Positions 43,472-59,269 of a stretch of DNA of 64,000 nt are shown piece after piece. A program made the position numbers and the translations under genes. This DNA comes from the human T2T-CHM13v2.0 reference genome, Homo sapiens. Positions within the stretch are counted from its first letter, which is position 1. Each line of letters opens with the position of its first letter. Below the pieces are notes generated by a model. That model made no database searches and was not told where the DNA came from. It saw nothing but the letters and a program-made list of their open reading frames with translations. The stretch lies in assembly GCF_009914755.1 (NCBI RefSeq), contig NC_060947.1; one strand, given 5' to 3'.

Positions 43472-44145
43472 TACACCAGTCAAAATGGCTATTATTAAAA
43501 AACAAATAAACAAAAAAATCTCCACATGTTGGCAAGGATATGGAGAAAAGACAATGCTTAAATACGGTTGGTGACAATGTAAATTAGTACATCTATGAAA
43601 AATAGAATGGAGATTTCTCTAAGAATTAAAAATAGAGCTACCATTTGATATAGTATTCTCACAACTGGGTATCTACCCAAATGAAAAGAAATAATTATAT
43701 TAAAAAGATACCTCACTCATATGTTTACTGCAGCACTATTCACAATAGCAAATATATAGAATTTACTTAAGTTGATTGGATGAGGAAAATGTGGTATATA
43801 TACACAATAAAACATTATTTAGCCACAAAAGGAATAAAATCATGTCTTTTGCAACAACATGGATGGAACCGGAGGCCATTATCTTAAGTGAAACAATTCA
43901 GACACTGAAAGACAAATACTGCATGTTCTCACTTACATGTGGGAGCAAAATAATGTGTACATTTGAAAGTAGAGTGTGGAATGATTGACAATGGGGAATC
44001 AGAAGGGTGGAGGCATGGGAGGAGGTTGTATGATGAGAAATTACTTAATGTGTACAATGCATATTATTCAGGTGATGAATGCCCTAAAATAAAATTACAC
44101 TTGTATTCCTTAAATATATACAAATAACATTTTTAAAAATAAAAA
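43472..44145 (+). mobile_element. L1 (PB/MA) 3' fragment in the opposite orientation
   Basis: caccagtcaaaatggctattattaaaa...gacaaatactgcatgttctcactta...A-rich tail. Confidence 0.85.
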
Positions 44146-46329
44146 TAGGGGTTCTATAACATTATGTCATCGGCACACAGGGATAACTTAACTTCTTTTT
44201 TTCCTATTTGGATGCCTTTTGTTTATTCTTCTTGCCTAATTACTTCCAGGACTGTGTTGAATAGAAGTGGAGACAGTGAGTATCCTCGTCTTGTGCCAGA
44301 TCTTAGAGGAAAAGCTTTCAACTTTTCCCCATCCAGTATAATTCTTGCTTTATTGAAGAAAATGCCATACTTCTGTCAACCACTGGTATAGACAGCTGAT
44401 TATATAAGTTGGATCTTATTAATAAGTGAGAAAGTCAGCAAAATTAAAGTGTTGCTGCTTTTTATATAATTTTAAAGGATTCCGAAAACAATATGATTAC
44501 GATAAAATCTGAAAAAAGTAAATGGATATCTATACCAGTTTGCTCAGAACTATATAAGGATGGTATCAGGTTAGCTTGGTCAAATACAAGTACATAACAA
44601 AAAAGTAAAATAAATATTTTTAAGGCTGAGTTCAACTCAAGCTATTTCTACTCTGAGTTTGCAAGTTTAGTTATTTGATTTCAAATGATCCTTTTGCTTG
44701 GTTTGATTTTCCCCGAAATGGTCAATTGTGAATAAATTGTTTGATTTGATTCGTAGTTTTTTAACTGAGTAGGCAAGGTCTCAGATTTACTTCTCTTGAA
44801 GACTAATAAAGAAGACATTAATATCTAACCTGTTTACAGGAACAGAGTTTCTTGAGCACAGCTGAGCTTCCCAAATGCCATAGAAACAAAACGAAATGGA
44901 AGAATTTATCTGGTAGGAGTGTATTTTGATGTGACCTAATAGAATTCAATGAAGCTTCATTTTATAACTTGCTATACAATTAATATATATTGACAAGCCC
45001 TAGTGTCTTCAAGTCATGCATAAAATGCTTTTGAAACAAATTATCAGCATTTATTTGTGAGTTAAATAACTTTTCTAAGTGTATCATGAGAAATGGGTTA
45101 AACACAACTTTTTGGCATATTCTTCCTGCTATCACTTAAAAAAGCACATCATTTGTATATTTCATTTTCAAATATGTGACTTCCTTCCTGTTCATGATTT
45201 AATCCATATTTTTAAACATAAAATAAGCTAGCTTAACTTTTATTACAACAGAAGTCTGTTTATCTGGAGTGAGGTTTTAAATATAGACATTTTTGCTCCT
45301 TCAGTATTGTTTTAAACTAATGCATTTCAATAAGACTAGTTTATTATACATTGTACTGATAGTTAAAGTAACTGTTAATGGCTATTTTTTCAGGGCTCTG
45401 AAAAGTAAAAAAAAAAAAGAAAAATCACTACCCGAAATATCATTCTTAGGAAAAAGCTGGGAGTTAATTGGAAAGTGAATAGAAACACTCACTCTGAATA
45501 GTCAAAACTGATGAAATTAATAAAACTACATATGTTGCATTTATTTATGTTCTTTGTTAATAATCAGTCACTAAACCTATAATTTTTCCATTATTCACTT
45601 ACCAAAAAATAAAAGGAAAATTTAGAAGGTGAACTAGATCTATTCTGTGTTGTTGTCTTGTTCTGCTGAAGTTATGAATGATTTGTGATGAAGTCCAAGT
45701 ATGGGCCTCAGTCTAGAGAACTGGCTGGCCAAAACAACTATGAATTTTAACAGAATTGCATGAAGTGCTAGAATCTCAGTTTAAATGAATGCAGTGGCTA
45801 CTTCTAAATAGTCAGTAGACTCTACTTTGTATCATAGAAGTAATACTTGTAAATTTACAACTTTGTTGATGAGTTTTGCATGATTCCACATTTTTAAAGA
45901 AAAATTTGCTAAACTGAACATATTTTTGTAATCCATTAAGAACAGAATGAAAACTGAATAACAATATGATCTATGTTGTACCCAAAACCTAATGTATTTT
46001 CCTGTAAAAAAATAAAAATCTAGCTTCTGTAACTAGGAACACTACAAAACTGAAACTGTAGACTCTTTAATTTCAGGGTTCATGAAGGAATTTTTTTCCA
46101 TACTGACATGTTACATTAATACTCTAGGAATTAATGTTAGAAGTATTTGAACTAGTATTCAATATATGTTAATGAAATGTAGTACATATCCCCATTGGTT
46201 GTGACCTAATCGTTTTTAAATACGTACATTACATTTGATAGATGCTCAATTATGAATCCTGCTTTTTCAAGGTGGAATATCTGAGAAACTTGTTTCACTG
46301 ATCAAATGTCCTGATGTGATATTAAGATA

Positions 46330-46680
46330 CAGTACTAAACAGCCTGAGGCAGTGAGCATTTAGTCTAATCTGGCCAGTGCAGAACACACCTGGGCCTCCC
46401 TGGGGTTGCTGTGGTGACCATTCTGCCATCTAGTCCTCAGCATCATCAGGGTCAACAAGCTAACAGTGGCAACAGAGTTGTTTCATTTATACAGTTCCAG
46501 TGATATCGTTGCCTTCCTGGCTGTGTTGTGTTTCTAATGTTGCTCCTAGCTCTTTGCCACCATTTCTAATTCTTCTGCTCCCCAAGAGTCTTTGATATTA
46601 TCTTTAGTGTGGCCCTTACTGTTTACCCTAGAGATAGTGAATTCTGTTACTTGACAATTTAGGACACTGATGAACAGAAT
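46330..46680. mobile_element. Probable old ERVL/MaLR LTR fragment
   Basis: GC-richer block ending ...aattctgttacttgacaatttaggacactga. Confidence 0.4.
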
Positions 46681-46733
46681 AAAGTATAATTGTATCAATG
46701 TCTATAAGTAGCCATTTAAAAATTTATACATAA

Positions 46734-47103
<370 letters not shown>

Positions 47104-48132
47104 AATTATCTCGGTCTTCAAACTCTGTTTTAGTACTTAAACAAAGCCTTAAACTGCTTCAAGAACACTGAATGATAAATGAATTATTCTACATTGAAAA
47201 TGAACTTTTATCAATTTTAGTTGAATATGGTTTCTTCTTCCTTGAGTCCAGTTAAAGGTAGCTTGGGAGCAATACTCAAGTCACATCACATGTAGTTAAA
47301 CTTTTATATTCCGAATCAGTCCTTTAAGTAAGACAGCCAGGGGTTGATAAACTAACCAAAATCCTATCCGTCACATCCATTACAAGCATTACAATGTAAC
47401 AGATAACCTGAATTTTCTTATATATTTTGTTTCTTATATTCTTAAAATTTAGTAGCAAATACATGTTCATTCAATTTGCCTATTGAAAATTTATCATATT
47501 TAGCTTTGGGGAAATATTTTTAATTTTTGAGATTGAAATATAAAATACTCTGTTAGTACAATTCCTAGAATATATTTAACTTCTGTACTCCATATGTTTA
47601 GAAGAATGAGAAGTGTATTGAAAATTGTATCTTATAGTTGTTCTACTATAAAACCAATTGCAAATATCATTCAATGGATAAATTATTATTATCATTGTTG
47701 TTATTGTTATTTAATCCCAAATTGGTCTACTTAATGTGGCTAAAATTTCTCATAGACTCTAATTCAGAAAATATATTTTGTTTTAAGTTATTTGCACTAA
47801 CTACTTGTGATAGATATTTAAAAATATATGTGACTCATCCTGAATAGTGATTTTATGCACAGCTGTAGATGCAAATGAAGTATATTTATTAACTAACAAA
47901 TGCTATAAGCATTTTTATGTTGGTAAATTAAGACTGGGTTGCATGATAGTTGAATTTAATTCATAGAACACAATTATCAACTACCCTAAAATAATTTACA
48001 TAACTATGACAAGTTATATCAAAATTTACTCTCAAATTAAGTTGGTTATTCAAAATATTCATTTTTATGTCCATTCTGTATAAATACAAGTGATTGCCAT
48101 ACTGTAAGACTCATGCTCATAATGGAGAATAA

Positions 48133-48460
<328 letters not shown>

Positions 48461-49174
48461 GCGAGAATAAATAATATTTTCTAAGAAAATTAACTTTTAA
48501 TTTTTCACCTAAAAATCCTAATTTTCCATTTTTTTCTATGAGGAAATTATCATTATTTTATTTTTGTTTTAAAAACAAGTTTCACAGATAGGAGTATGTT
48601 GTGTGCTCTATTTTATTTTTTCACCCATTTTTATTCTCACATTTTATTTTTAGTAAAACTAATTGTCATTTTTTTACAGACCAGAAACTCTGAAAATTAG
48701 AAAGTGACATTCATGAATGTAGTTATTAAAAAATACTCTCCATCTTTCACAGGAATAAATGTTAGAAGTATGCTTATTTATGGCATAATTACCAGAGGAA
48801 GAGAAAATTATCCTATCAATTGAATTTTATCTAGAAAATGAAAAGTATTGTTAGTAATTCCTCAGTAAATGATACAGCTATACATAATAATATATAACTC
48901 TAATTTAGATATGTTCTTAACGATTTGCTGAAACAACCCAGAAATGATTGATCCAGAATCATGAGCAAATTAGATAAATCATTGGCAACAACTTAAAAAA
49001 TCAACAATTTGAAAATTAAAATTATTTTTGGTATATAGTATGTGCCAAGCTTAGTATTAAACATAAAGCCAATAAATGCAATTCAGCATGTGAAAATGTA
49101 ACTTTGAATTAGGAAAATTGCAGAATGCAGAGGGTTGTATTTATTACTCTATGTTTCTTCAATCTTGTTATTGA

Positions 49175-49583
<409 letters not shown>

Positions 49584-50277
49584 TAAATTCAAATTATGTA
49601 GCATTTATGCTCCCCATATCATTATTGCATTTACTTCATAAGACATACTTACATAAATTTGATTTGATTGGGATATTACTTACGACATTATGTTAAAGAT
49701 ACATTGCACTCTTGGCCTGCCCATTTTTAACAACGTAGGAAACAGCTGCAAACACTCCTTACTCCTGCAAAAATGCAAGGAATTGAAAATAACCTATGTC
49801 CAATCATGTTGCACTTTTGCAAACATTCCCTACCTCTCCCCAAATGAAGTAACACAGTTTTGAATAATTTCTTCATCATTTCTTTTCTTTTTATATGTTT
49901 ATTAAACACACACATATTATTCCTAAAGACTAAAATTTTATTTTCAATATGTTTGGCTTTATGGAGATGATATTTACCATGTAGTATGTTCCATTCAGGT
50001 ATCAAGGGATACTGTACTCAGAGAATGCACCATCTGACATTTTTATTAAATTTATTGGATTTAATATTGGGTTTTTTGAATTATAATGTTGGATTTATTT
50101 TTTTCTTTGGATATTATACTGCTAACATTCATCGATATTGTTTTGTGTTGTTGTGGTTCTTTTTTCAGTTCTGTATAATAGCCCACATAGTAGTAAACTA
50201 TTCATTATATATATATATATATATATATATCAATGTACACTTGTATGTATGTATGTGTGTGTATGTGTGTATTAGAA

Positions 50278-50642
50278 CAGTGGTCCCCAACCTTTTTGGC
50301 ACTAGGGAACAGTTTTGTGGAAGACAATTATTCCACAGACAGGGGTTTGGGGGAGGTGAAAATCTGGGGGTATAGGGGTTGTGGTTTGGGGTTGAAACTG
50401 TTCCACCTCAGCTCATTAGGCATTAGATTCATATAAGGAGCCTGCAACTTATTTCCCTCACATGCGCAGTTCACAGTAGGGTTGGCTCTCCTATGAGAAT
50501 CTAATGCTGCCACTGATATGACAGGAGGCAGAGCTCAGGCAGTAATGTTTGCTCACCTTCTGCTCACCTCCTGCTGTGCAGCTGGGTTCCTAACAGGCCA
50601 CAGACCAGTACCGGTCCTTGGCCCAGGGGTTGGGGACCCTTG
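50278..50642. mobile_element. MER1B (hAT-Charlie MITE)
   Basis: TIRs CAGTGGTCCCCAACC / GGTTGGGGACCCTTG; perfect 8-bp TSD TATTAGAA (50270-50277 and 50643-50650). Confidence 0.93.
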
Positions 50643-51444
50643 TATTAGAAGACACACATATACAAAACCATTACAAATCACAAACATATATACATATATA
50701 CAAACACATATATAAATACGTATTGTCTATTTTTAATTCAAGGTAAGTTTTGGCAAATAGAAAGTAATGCTTTCTTAACTATCATATTTATTCAAATATA
50801 TGGAAATTTGCCTCCAAATATCAAATTTGTTAAACAGGTGGAGAATAGAAGTAACTATTCATATCAAAACCATTTAAAATATAAATATAATTATCAAAAC
50901 TCTACTATATATTCTAAATTATATATTTTTTATTTGTGCAGAGGAATGCAGTTGTAAAGAAAATAAATAAATTTATATTTTGAAATGGGGCAAAAAAGAT
51001 GTCAAATATTGAGATATAAAAAGTAGTACCAGATAAAAGATGCATAGATAACCCTAAGAATGAGAATCACATTTTATATGTAGGGCTAAGCCATTTCCTA
51101 TATATATTTTCTGGCTGACTAATTAGCAATGGTAAAGATCAAGTTTTACATCAATGCTTTCAAATCATGGTGTTTATTTTTTCTACTTGCTGAGCCCGTA
51201 CTTTGGAATTATATATTACTATATTTTATTGTGTGCCCTCTTGAATGTATTTATTCATGTAGCAAAAATAAAAATTAATTAATTAATAAGATAAAGGTAA
51301 TTATGTAAGATTAAGAAAGTCACAGAAACATAGAAACTGACCTAAGTTAGTGCGTACTATAATAAAACCTACTTATTTCTTTGTCTATGTCTAAAAATGC
51401 ATTTCTTTCTCTATGTCTAAAAATGCACAATTCAAATTCCAGAT

Positions 51445-51790
51445 AAACTCTAGACCTGCCCATCCAGTTTCCTCCTCTTTGTCAACAGAACTCCAATTCC
51501 ATTCGGGTATCAAGGGAGACTGTGCACAAGCAATGTACTCATCCCAAAGAACAAATCATGATTGGCCAGGCTAATCATGTTGATCCTGTTCTTTTTCTGC
51601 CAGGGACTGCCTGGAATGGAGTGAAATTGAGATGCCTAAACCAATGACAGAAAAGCTACCTCTGCACTCCTTGCTACATGAAATAATTCACCTTTTTTCC
51701 CGAGCTACATTTATCTGGTATTCAGGTATATAGTGTTACATGCAATAGATATATGACCATCAGTGTTATATGCAGTAGATATATGACCAA
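51445..51790. mobile_element. LTR16-like ERVL solo LTR fragment
   Basis: aacagaactccaatt...aatcatgattggccaggctaatcatg...ttctgccagggactg. Confidence 0.55.
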
Positions 51791-53194
51791 TCTAGTTTTT
51801 TAATATAATGGTATATTGGATATTTTTTATACTATCAAGGGATTCTTCTCCCCAGAGATACCAACTGAGAAAACCTGTGGTTGGCAGTGCAGGTGGCTTG
51901 TGGGCCACATCTTGAGAAAATAATGTCTTAAAGGAATTCCAGTGAAATAAATAAATAAGGAAAATATGTTTAGTTTAACTTGTGAAGAAAGCAGCAAATG
52001 TTAATGTGTGAAATAAGAACTTTCTAGTTGGGGATACCCTTAGAGCTACAATAGTTTACATTTACTGAGGATTCAAACAATTCCAACTGAAATAGAAAGC
52101 AATTTTATGTCAATACTTAAACTACTCAAGCATTTAGAACATGTTACTAAAATGTTAGTATATAATCTCTGAGGTAGCCTATAAAAATGTTTCAGCTTTC
52201 TTTTTACAAATGGAAATAAATATCTTGAAGATGAAGCTAGAAACAGCGTTTTCTCGTGTTCAAGAGGCATGGTATTGAGAAACAATTTACAGAATGAAAT
52301 GAGTGAAAGAGGAAGCTACAGTCAGATATTTTGAGATGATTTACAGGAAAGCATAAAACAAACAAAAATAAAACAAAACAAAAACAAGGCAGCTACCAGA
52401 GAGAGATACTGACAGATTTTTTTCTTAAGTACTATCTCCTTTTGTCTTTTAATGGGGTCTATCCACCTCACTCACTTCCTTTAGCTTAAGTTGCCTTCCC
52501 TTTACCAAATTTTGCCTCTTATCATTAACAGCCACCTATCTGTCTTCTCTCTGCTCTCCACAGGGCTTTCTTTGTTCCTTGAACTTGCAAAGGGACAGTT
52601 AACTAATCTCATTAATGGACATGACATTTAAAACTTGATGTTCTACATTCTTTGCTTTAAAACATGTGGCATTCATGTTAGCCTTAGGAAGAACTAGTCC
52701 TCCCTGAGAATGTAGGGGATTTGGGGTTGAATGGGGGGGGTGACAGGTGACTCATCACATCCTGGAGAGGATCCAATGCCACATTGGTTTGCATTTTGCT
52801 ATTCACAAGTCACTATGATAATTTCGCTACTTAAAAAATGATATACCATCTGAAATTTTTATTAAAGCAATATATACATACACACACATTTAGAAGATCA
52901 TCACACAAATAACCATTTATTTGCTTAGCTTAATGTTGCTTAGGTATTTCCTCATAAGGGAAAAACCCAGAATCAGTCATTTATATTTATATTTAAAATG
53001 TGAAAGAAACTTCTTACATGTTTGTATATGACAGCAACAATGCTAAATTTTTTCTTGATTCACTTTAGCCAATAATACTTTCTGTTATGATTTAGTTGGA
53101 TAATTCTGGATTATGAGTCAGTTTGAAATGAGGCCATGACAAAAATAAAATCAAAGTAAAACTAAAAATATCGAACATCAAGAGAGTATCCATC

Positions 53195-53314
53195 TCCTAA
53201 GGGTTTGAGGTGATGAGTATCCCAATTATCCTGATTTGATCATTATACATTACATAAACACAGCAAAATCTTATGTGACCTCAAAATATGTACAACTATT
53301 ATGTATCAATAAAA
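53195..53314 (+). mobile_element. L1MA 3' tail
   Basis: tttgaggtgatgagtatcccaattatcctgatttgatcatta...atgtatcaataaaa. Confidence 0.8.
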
Positions 53315-55669
53315 GGATCCACCTCCTATTGAGAAACTATACTTGAACCCATTTTAGTATGTATATGTCAGGTACATACTGCAAATAATAATTGGAACTT
53401 TGGTATGGACCAAGAATAATGAATGGACATTTATCTACAGGTTTATTTAGACATATTAGTTCTTGATAACAATTGATTATGAAGACACGAACTACTTCTA
53501 CTAATTTAATAGAACTAGAGAATCAGGGAAAGACAAGCTGTATAGAATTTAAAGTGGAAGAATTTATTATAGAGTTAAAGCTTCATCCATTTTATTAATG
53601 CTAAAAATAGATACATTTATCATTATAGAGTCAAACAAAAAAATTTCAATGAGTGAATTTTAATGTACTGTAGACTGTGGAGATATTGAAAGTTTAACTG
53701 AAGAAAATCTGTCTAGCTTTACTTCTCATCCATTAAATAGAGCAAGTATGCTTGGCAAAAGAATACCTAAAAAAATTTCCAGTCCCTTCTCTAAGTGACA
53801 AAATTCTGATGGCCTCTCGATATTTTACAACAGGTATAAGCGGTTATGAAGTAAAAATATCACCGTCTCTGATGGTCATCTAGTCTCTAATGAGGGAAAC
53901 CAATAAATCCATAAATACTAATGAAATTTTTCAAACTCTAATCCCCATTCTTAGTTATCAATTTTTGTTATTTTAATAGTAATTTATTCATGTATAAAAC
54001 TGGAAAATCCCATCATTAATTAGCAATAGCTCTTTATTAATATTTTAAAATAGTTTCCAAACTAAACTCTTAATATGCCTAATGTCATGATCCCTTTAAT
54101 GAGAAACTAGCCATTAAAAGAAAATAGCTTATACTCATTTCTATATATAAGTACATATTATTTTGTAAACAGTTAGCAGAAAATTTCACCGTTAAAAATG
54201 AAATATTTTCCATTTTTGCATTTGAATATCTGAGAATATGTTCCCGATATTCTTGCCAGTTTATAAACCTATATTTTAACAGTACTGGTAATGCTTAATT
54301 ATACACAAATTTGCTTTATTTCACATCACAAGGCTTTGTTTGTCTGGAGCATACACTATTGTTTACACTGTACAGTTCTTTTTGTTACGATTTGGATGCT
54401 TTTAAAAGAGATTTTAAATATTTGCTCTCAGGTTTATTAAAAAACATAGACTTGAAAAAAGATATGATATATTCAATTATAAAAATTGTATTAACAAATT
54501 CTAAAAGTTTATCATTATCCTAAAATTTGGGGTCTGGGGCAAATTAGAGATATGCAAAAATGGTTAGCAAATTTTTGAATGTGTCTTAGAAAAAAAATTT
54601 TCACTTGCGACCTTAGGCTTTTCCCCCTATATTTTGATATAGACTTCACAATATAGTTCTTATAATAGTGGGGAGATACAAAACATTTGAAATCAATTTT
54701 AATTGACAACTTTAAGATTTATTATTTGATGTGATGATTCGAAAGAAATAAATCAGAGAAAAAACAGCATGCTAAAATGTAAATCTTATACAGACTGATT
54801 GCTTTGGTAAATATATAAAATAATAAGAGTTATTAAAACTTGTTTAGAAAAACCCAAAATTTGGACAAGATTGAGGAACAAAGGTGGTTTTGGATAAAGG
54901 TTTTGATTTCATGAGTTAAATTTTTTTTTCTTCTTATTGCAAAATGTGATGGTCTATTCATATGATTTTCATATGACAAAAGCTCCTTTAGTAACCTAAA
55001 AGATATTTGAATGATTTTAAGAAATAGTTTGACATAAAATAGAACACCTCACGTGTGCAATTACACCATTTTATTTTCTTATATATTATCCTTCTTTATA
55101 TTTGTGCATTATTTTATAATGTGGAGAGGTTATATTACTTTTGAATATCTATTATATGTTTACACATAAACACAGAGAATGCACAGTAAGTGATATCTAT
55201 GGCACTCTATTGAAAGTAAATTCTTGGTGTAACACTCTTGATCATGAACAGATATTTACCAACTATCAAGAAAAACTTAAGACATTGAGCAAATGTCATT
55301 AGTTAAGTCATTCAAATCACCTCATATTTAACAAATCTAAGTGGAAGTCCAAGGGGAATTCCAAATAAACATCACTGTTATACTGAATGTAGTCAATAGA
55401 GAATTATTATATCATTGGAGTTAAATGAACACATCCATTACATTTCTAAATAAATGTGGGAAGTGCTTTTTATCCCAGACGGAATAACAATGCTAAAGGA
55501 GATTGTCATCCGTATTTTATAGGAAAGGTACTCCAGAAATGTTTATGTTGCTAACAATCAAATTTACTAATATTAGTCAAACTTGACCATATAAATCGGA
55601 TTTATATAATCCATATCTTAAAATTCTAACTTCTTAACAAATACCACTTGATTATTTTAAAACCATAAA

Positions 55670-55830
55670 TGAAAAGAACACTGAGAGGGAGGTTTAGAAG
55701 CAGGATATATGTATGATTTTGATGCTTCAATAACTGCAAAGCCTTGGACAATTCACCTCTGTGTTTCCCCAGATTTCATATCTGTAAACAGACTAGATGA
55801 TCTCTCAAAAGAATTCCACATCTAAAACTC
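55670..55830 (+). mobile_element. MIR (old) fragment
   Basis: ccttggacaattcacctctgtgtttccccagatttcatatctgtaaa...gactagatgatctc. Confidence 0.6.
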
Positions 55831-58800
55831 TCTTTTTCTGTGTCCTGCCTTTCAGTATTTTTCCTTTAATTGAATCATTTATTTTCTTCTTTGATCTTAT
55901 GCAATGCTACAATAAAAACAAAAACAAAGCCAATTTGATAAAATATCACATTCTCTATTAGTGATTTTTGTTATCTGAGCTGTTACAAAAGTGGTTGGAT
56001 TTATTCCACAAATTAGGCCATCCATACCTGCCTTTCTGTAATCATATGCATGAAGAAAGAAAAACTTCACAACTTGTGTAGGAGTCTAATTTTTCAATTT
56101 AGTATTGACAGTCTGACCATGGGTTTGAGTGAAAGTTTAGATTTTGTAGATACTTTGGTTTCCTGATAATCTCAAAAGCTCAGTTATACTTTATAATATT
56201 TATGTTTACAATCAAGAAAGTCTTTACATATATTTCTATAATAAGCTATAAATATTATCACCTTCTCTGAATTGTCTAATTATTGTCCTTCTGCATAGAC
56301 AAGCTAGCATGCTATACATCATATGGATAAAGCCACAAATTTATTGCCAGATAATTTTGAACTAGTTTCAAATATTAGCAAATATATTAGGGACAATTTC
56401 ATGTCAAAACATTGAGTAGTCATGATATAATAAAGTATAATAGACAATTCCTAATGTTTAAAAATTAGTATTCAACAGTCACAGAAAGAGGAAATTATGC
56501 TTTAGTTTGATGGTAACACCATCCTAGCGTCAAGCATGGTTACATTTCTCTTAATATTTTTCCTAGAAAAGCGTGGCTTCTAGCTTATTTGATTAATACA
56601 AATCCTTCAAAATCTTTTTATTCTGTTCTAGGATGAGAGGAAATATAACATTTATATTTTAAATTAATCATAAACTATACATTAATCTTGATTTAAAATA
56701 GAAACCTACTTTTCAACCGAGAATGTACACCTGTCATCTCAAAAGAAGGTATATTTACATATTAATTTTATATTTCAGATATAAACATTTATTAAATTCT
56801 CATTTTTTGTTTCACCTGAACTAACATGTAGTTAGAGAAATACATTTTAGAAAAAATTAATAGTAAGTGTATCTTACTCAAAATAATTCACTCTAGATTT
56901 TCTCAATTATTAAATGGCAAGTGCAATGTTTCTTCTTTACAGTATTATGATATTGTTACTATGCAGACCACTATTCATTTTTCCTGTTACTTCCTATAAC
57001 TGAGTTTCTTCTTTAGTATTAATAAAATGCAACATCTATATCTCTTCAGCCCCTTTGTAAACGTGTAACGGAGTAACACATCTTGAACAATTCTAGTCAC
57101 CATTTTACGATATGTGCAAAAATTCAGGGACTGTAAGTATAACCTACCTACAATTTTTCTATTTTCAGAAAGCCATACTTGCTCTTTTGGTGTGATCAAG
57201 GGGTTTCTGGAGACCGAGAAGGGAAAATGTGTCCATTTCTGAGAAACACTCACTGTAGGAAAGAAGGTGCTATTTGCATTTAATGTAAATACCACTTTCG
57301 TTCCTTTTAATTAAAAGAGAAACAGAAACCCTTCTATATTCTAAACATAAAAAATAAAAGTTTTTTCTCAATATGGTAGTTGATTGCAAAGACCATTCTG
57401 TATGTAGAGATGGTCCTCCCTCCAATTTTTTTTAGCATCATGCTATTTTCATTTAGAAAGGTCACATGAGTCTTTTGCTGAAACCAATGTGATTTTCCTA
57501 ATAAGCTCACCATGCTAAGTGATCCAACAGAATTGCTCTGTTTGTTAATAAGGAGAGTAAATGACATTACTTGACAGAAACGCTCTTTCAATGGTGGTTT
57601 ATTCCAAGAGATTAATTCATCCTTACTTGTCCAGTGTCACATATACGTTATTAAATATGCAATGTAGCATCCTTCTTATTCAATTATGATAATTTGCTGT
57701 TTTATTAATACTTGGAAATAAAATATATCACTCCATCCATTAGTAATCACGGTGATGAAACTATGTGATACCATATTAGAAGCAAGTCCAAGGTATTAGA
57801 GATCCATGTTCAACTTCTATAAAATGGTAAGTTCGATAAGCCATTTTGCACAGTTATATTTTTCCAAGCTTCTTGTCCTTCAGATTTAGTTAGTGGTCAA
57901 TTCACTATTAGAGGAATGTAATTATTTTCTGGTTGGCACTGAGGATGAGTAAGACAAAAATCACCCTATCACTGAAGGTGCCATAGCCTCAAATACCCTA
58001 CTCACTCCAGCTGCATTTATATAGAGGCTCTCAGTTGCACAAAAGATCAAACTGTTGTATCTAAAGATCAAGCCAGAATGCTTTTCAAACATTAGATCCT
58101 TCCCAAAGCAATTCTTTGTGTAACCAGTTTCCAAAAAAGTCTGAGGAAAAATTTCCATTGTTTCCTATCGTTATTAGACTGTTGGGTCCTACTGACGTAA
58201 TAAATATACAAATCACTATTGTTTCAGCACAATGTTTTATGCATGACATTTTAAGAACTGTACAAAACACAATATTAAAATTCTGAAGTGAAAAATAATA
58301 GCATTATGGCTCATTACATTCTATATTGTGGTAGTTTGAACTGTGAGTAACTGTACTGTCATCCTGTCAACTCACTTTAAAACATCCGCTATATTGTTTT
58401 ACACAATGTCATTTATTTCACAGGTATAACTATAACAAAGTGTTCCGGTTTGGAAACATAGTGTAAATGTTTAAAAATATTTTCACACAGTTACCTGAAA
58501 AATACTTGCACTGAAAGCTAATCATCAGTTACAGAACCACCAACAAAAGTTCTGCTACTACAAATAGTTTTGATGAAACAAGACAAACAACGTACTAAAC
58601 ATTTTGGAATAATTTTTCAATATTATTATTACCTTCTGATTTGTTCTTAGACTTTAAAGATTCCCTAAAATATTGGTAAATGATGATGGAAACCTTTTTC
58701 TAAAAATATTGCTTTGATGGTAAAACGACTGGCAACAAAATGACAGAAGATAGCCCTAGAGATGCCTTTCTCCACTTTATCCTAGTATGTCTTTAGAGCC

Positions 58801-59269
58801 CTGATATAAATATATATGATATTCCAAGACCCTTTGCTTTCATCATTTTACACAGTCACTCCTACAGAAGCTTTCCTCATAACTGTAGGATCATCTGCCG
58901 CTGATGGTTTGTTCGGATCTTAATTGTCTTATGTAGTACATACTCAATTAAAACTCATGCTGGAGCAGGACTGTCTAGACTTTGGTAACTGCTTATTAAA
59001 TAGTTAAGATGTTGTATGAGGAGCAAGTGACAAATTAGCAAACATATATGAGGCTTTGAATAACAGCCAGAGTAATACCAGGCTGAATTAATTACCATGT
59101 TAAATATATGCAGAATGGGAAAATAAAATACCTGCTATGATATGGACAAAACTTATCTTAATATACTTGTTTGAAGATGGGCGCTTCCAAAGGAAGCTCA
59201 TGAGCATATGGCGCTTTACTGTGCGTTTAAAAAATTGTGCTAAAAACATGTTTTGTCCTAGTAAATGTT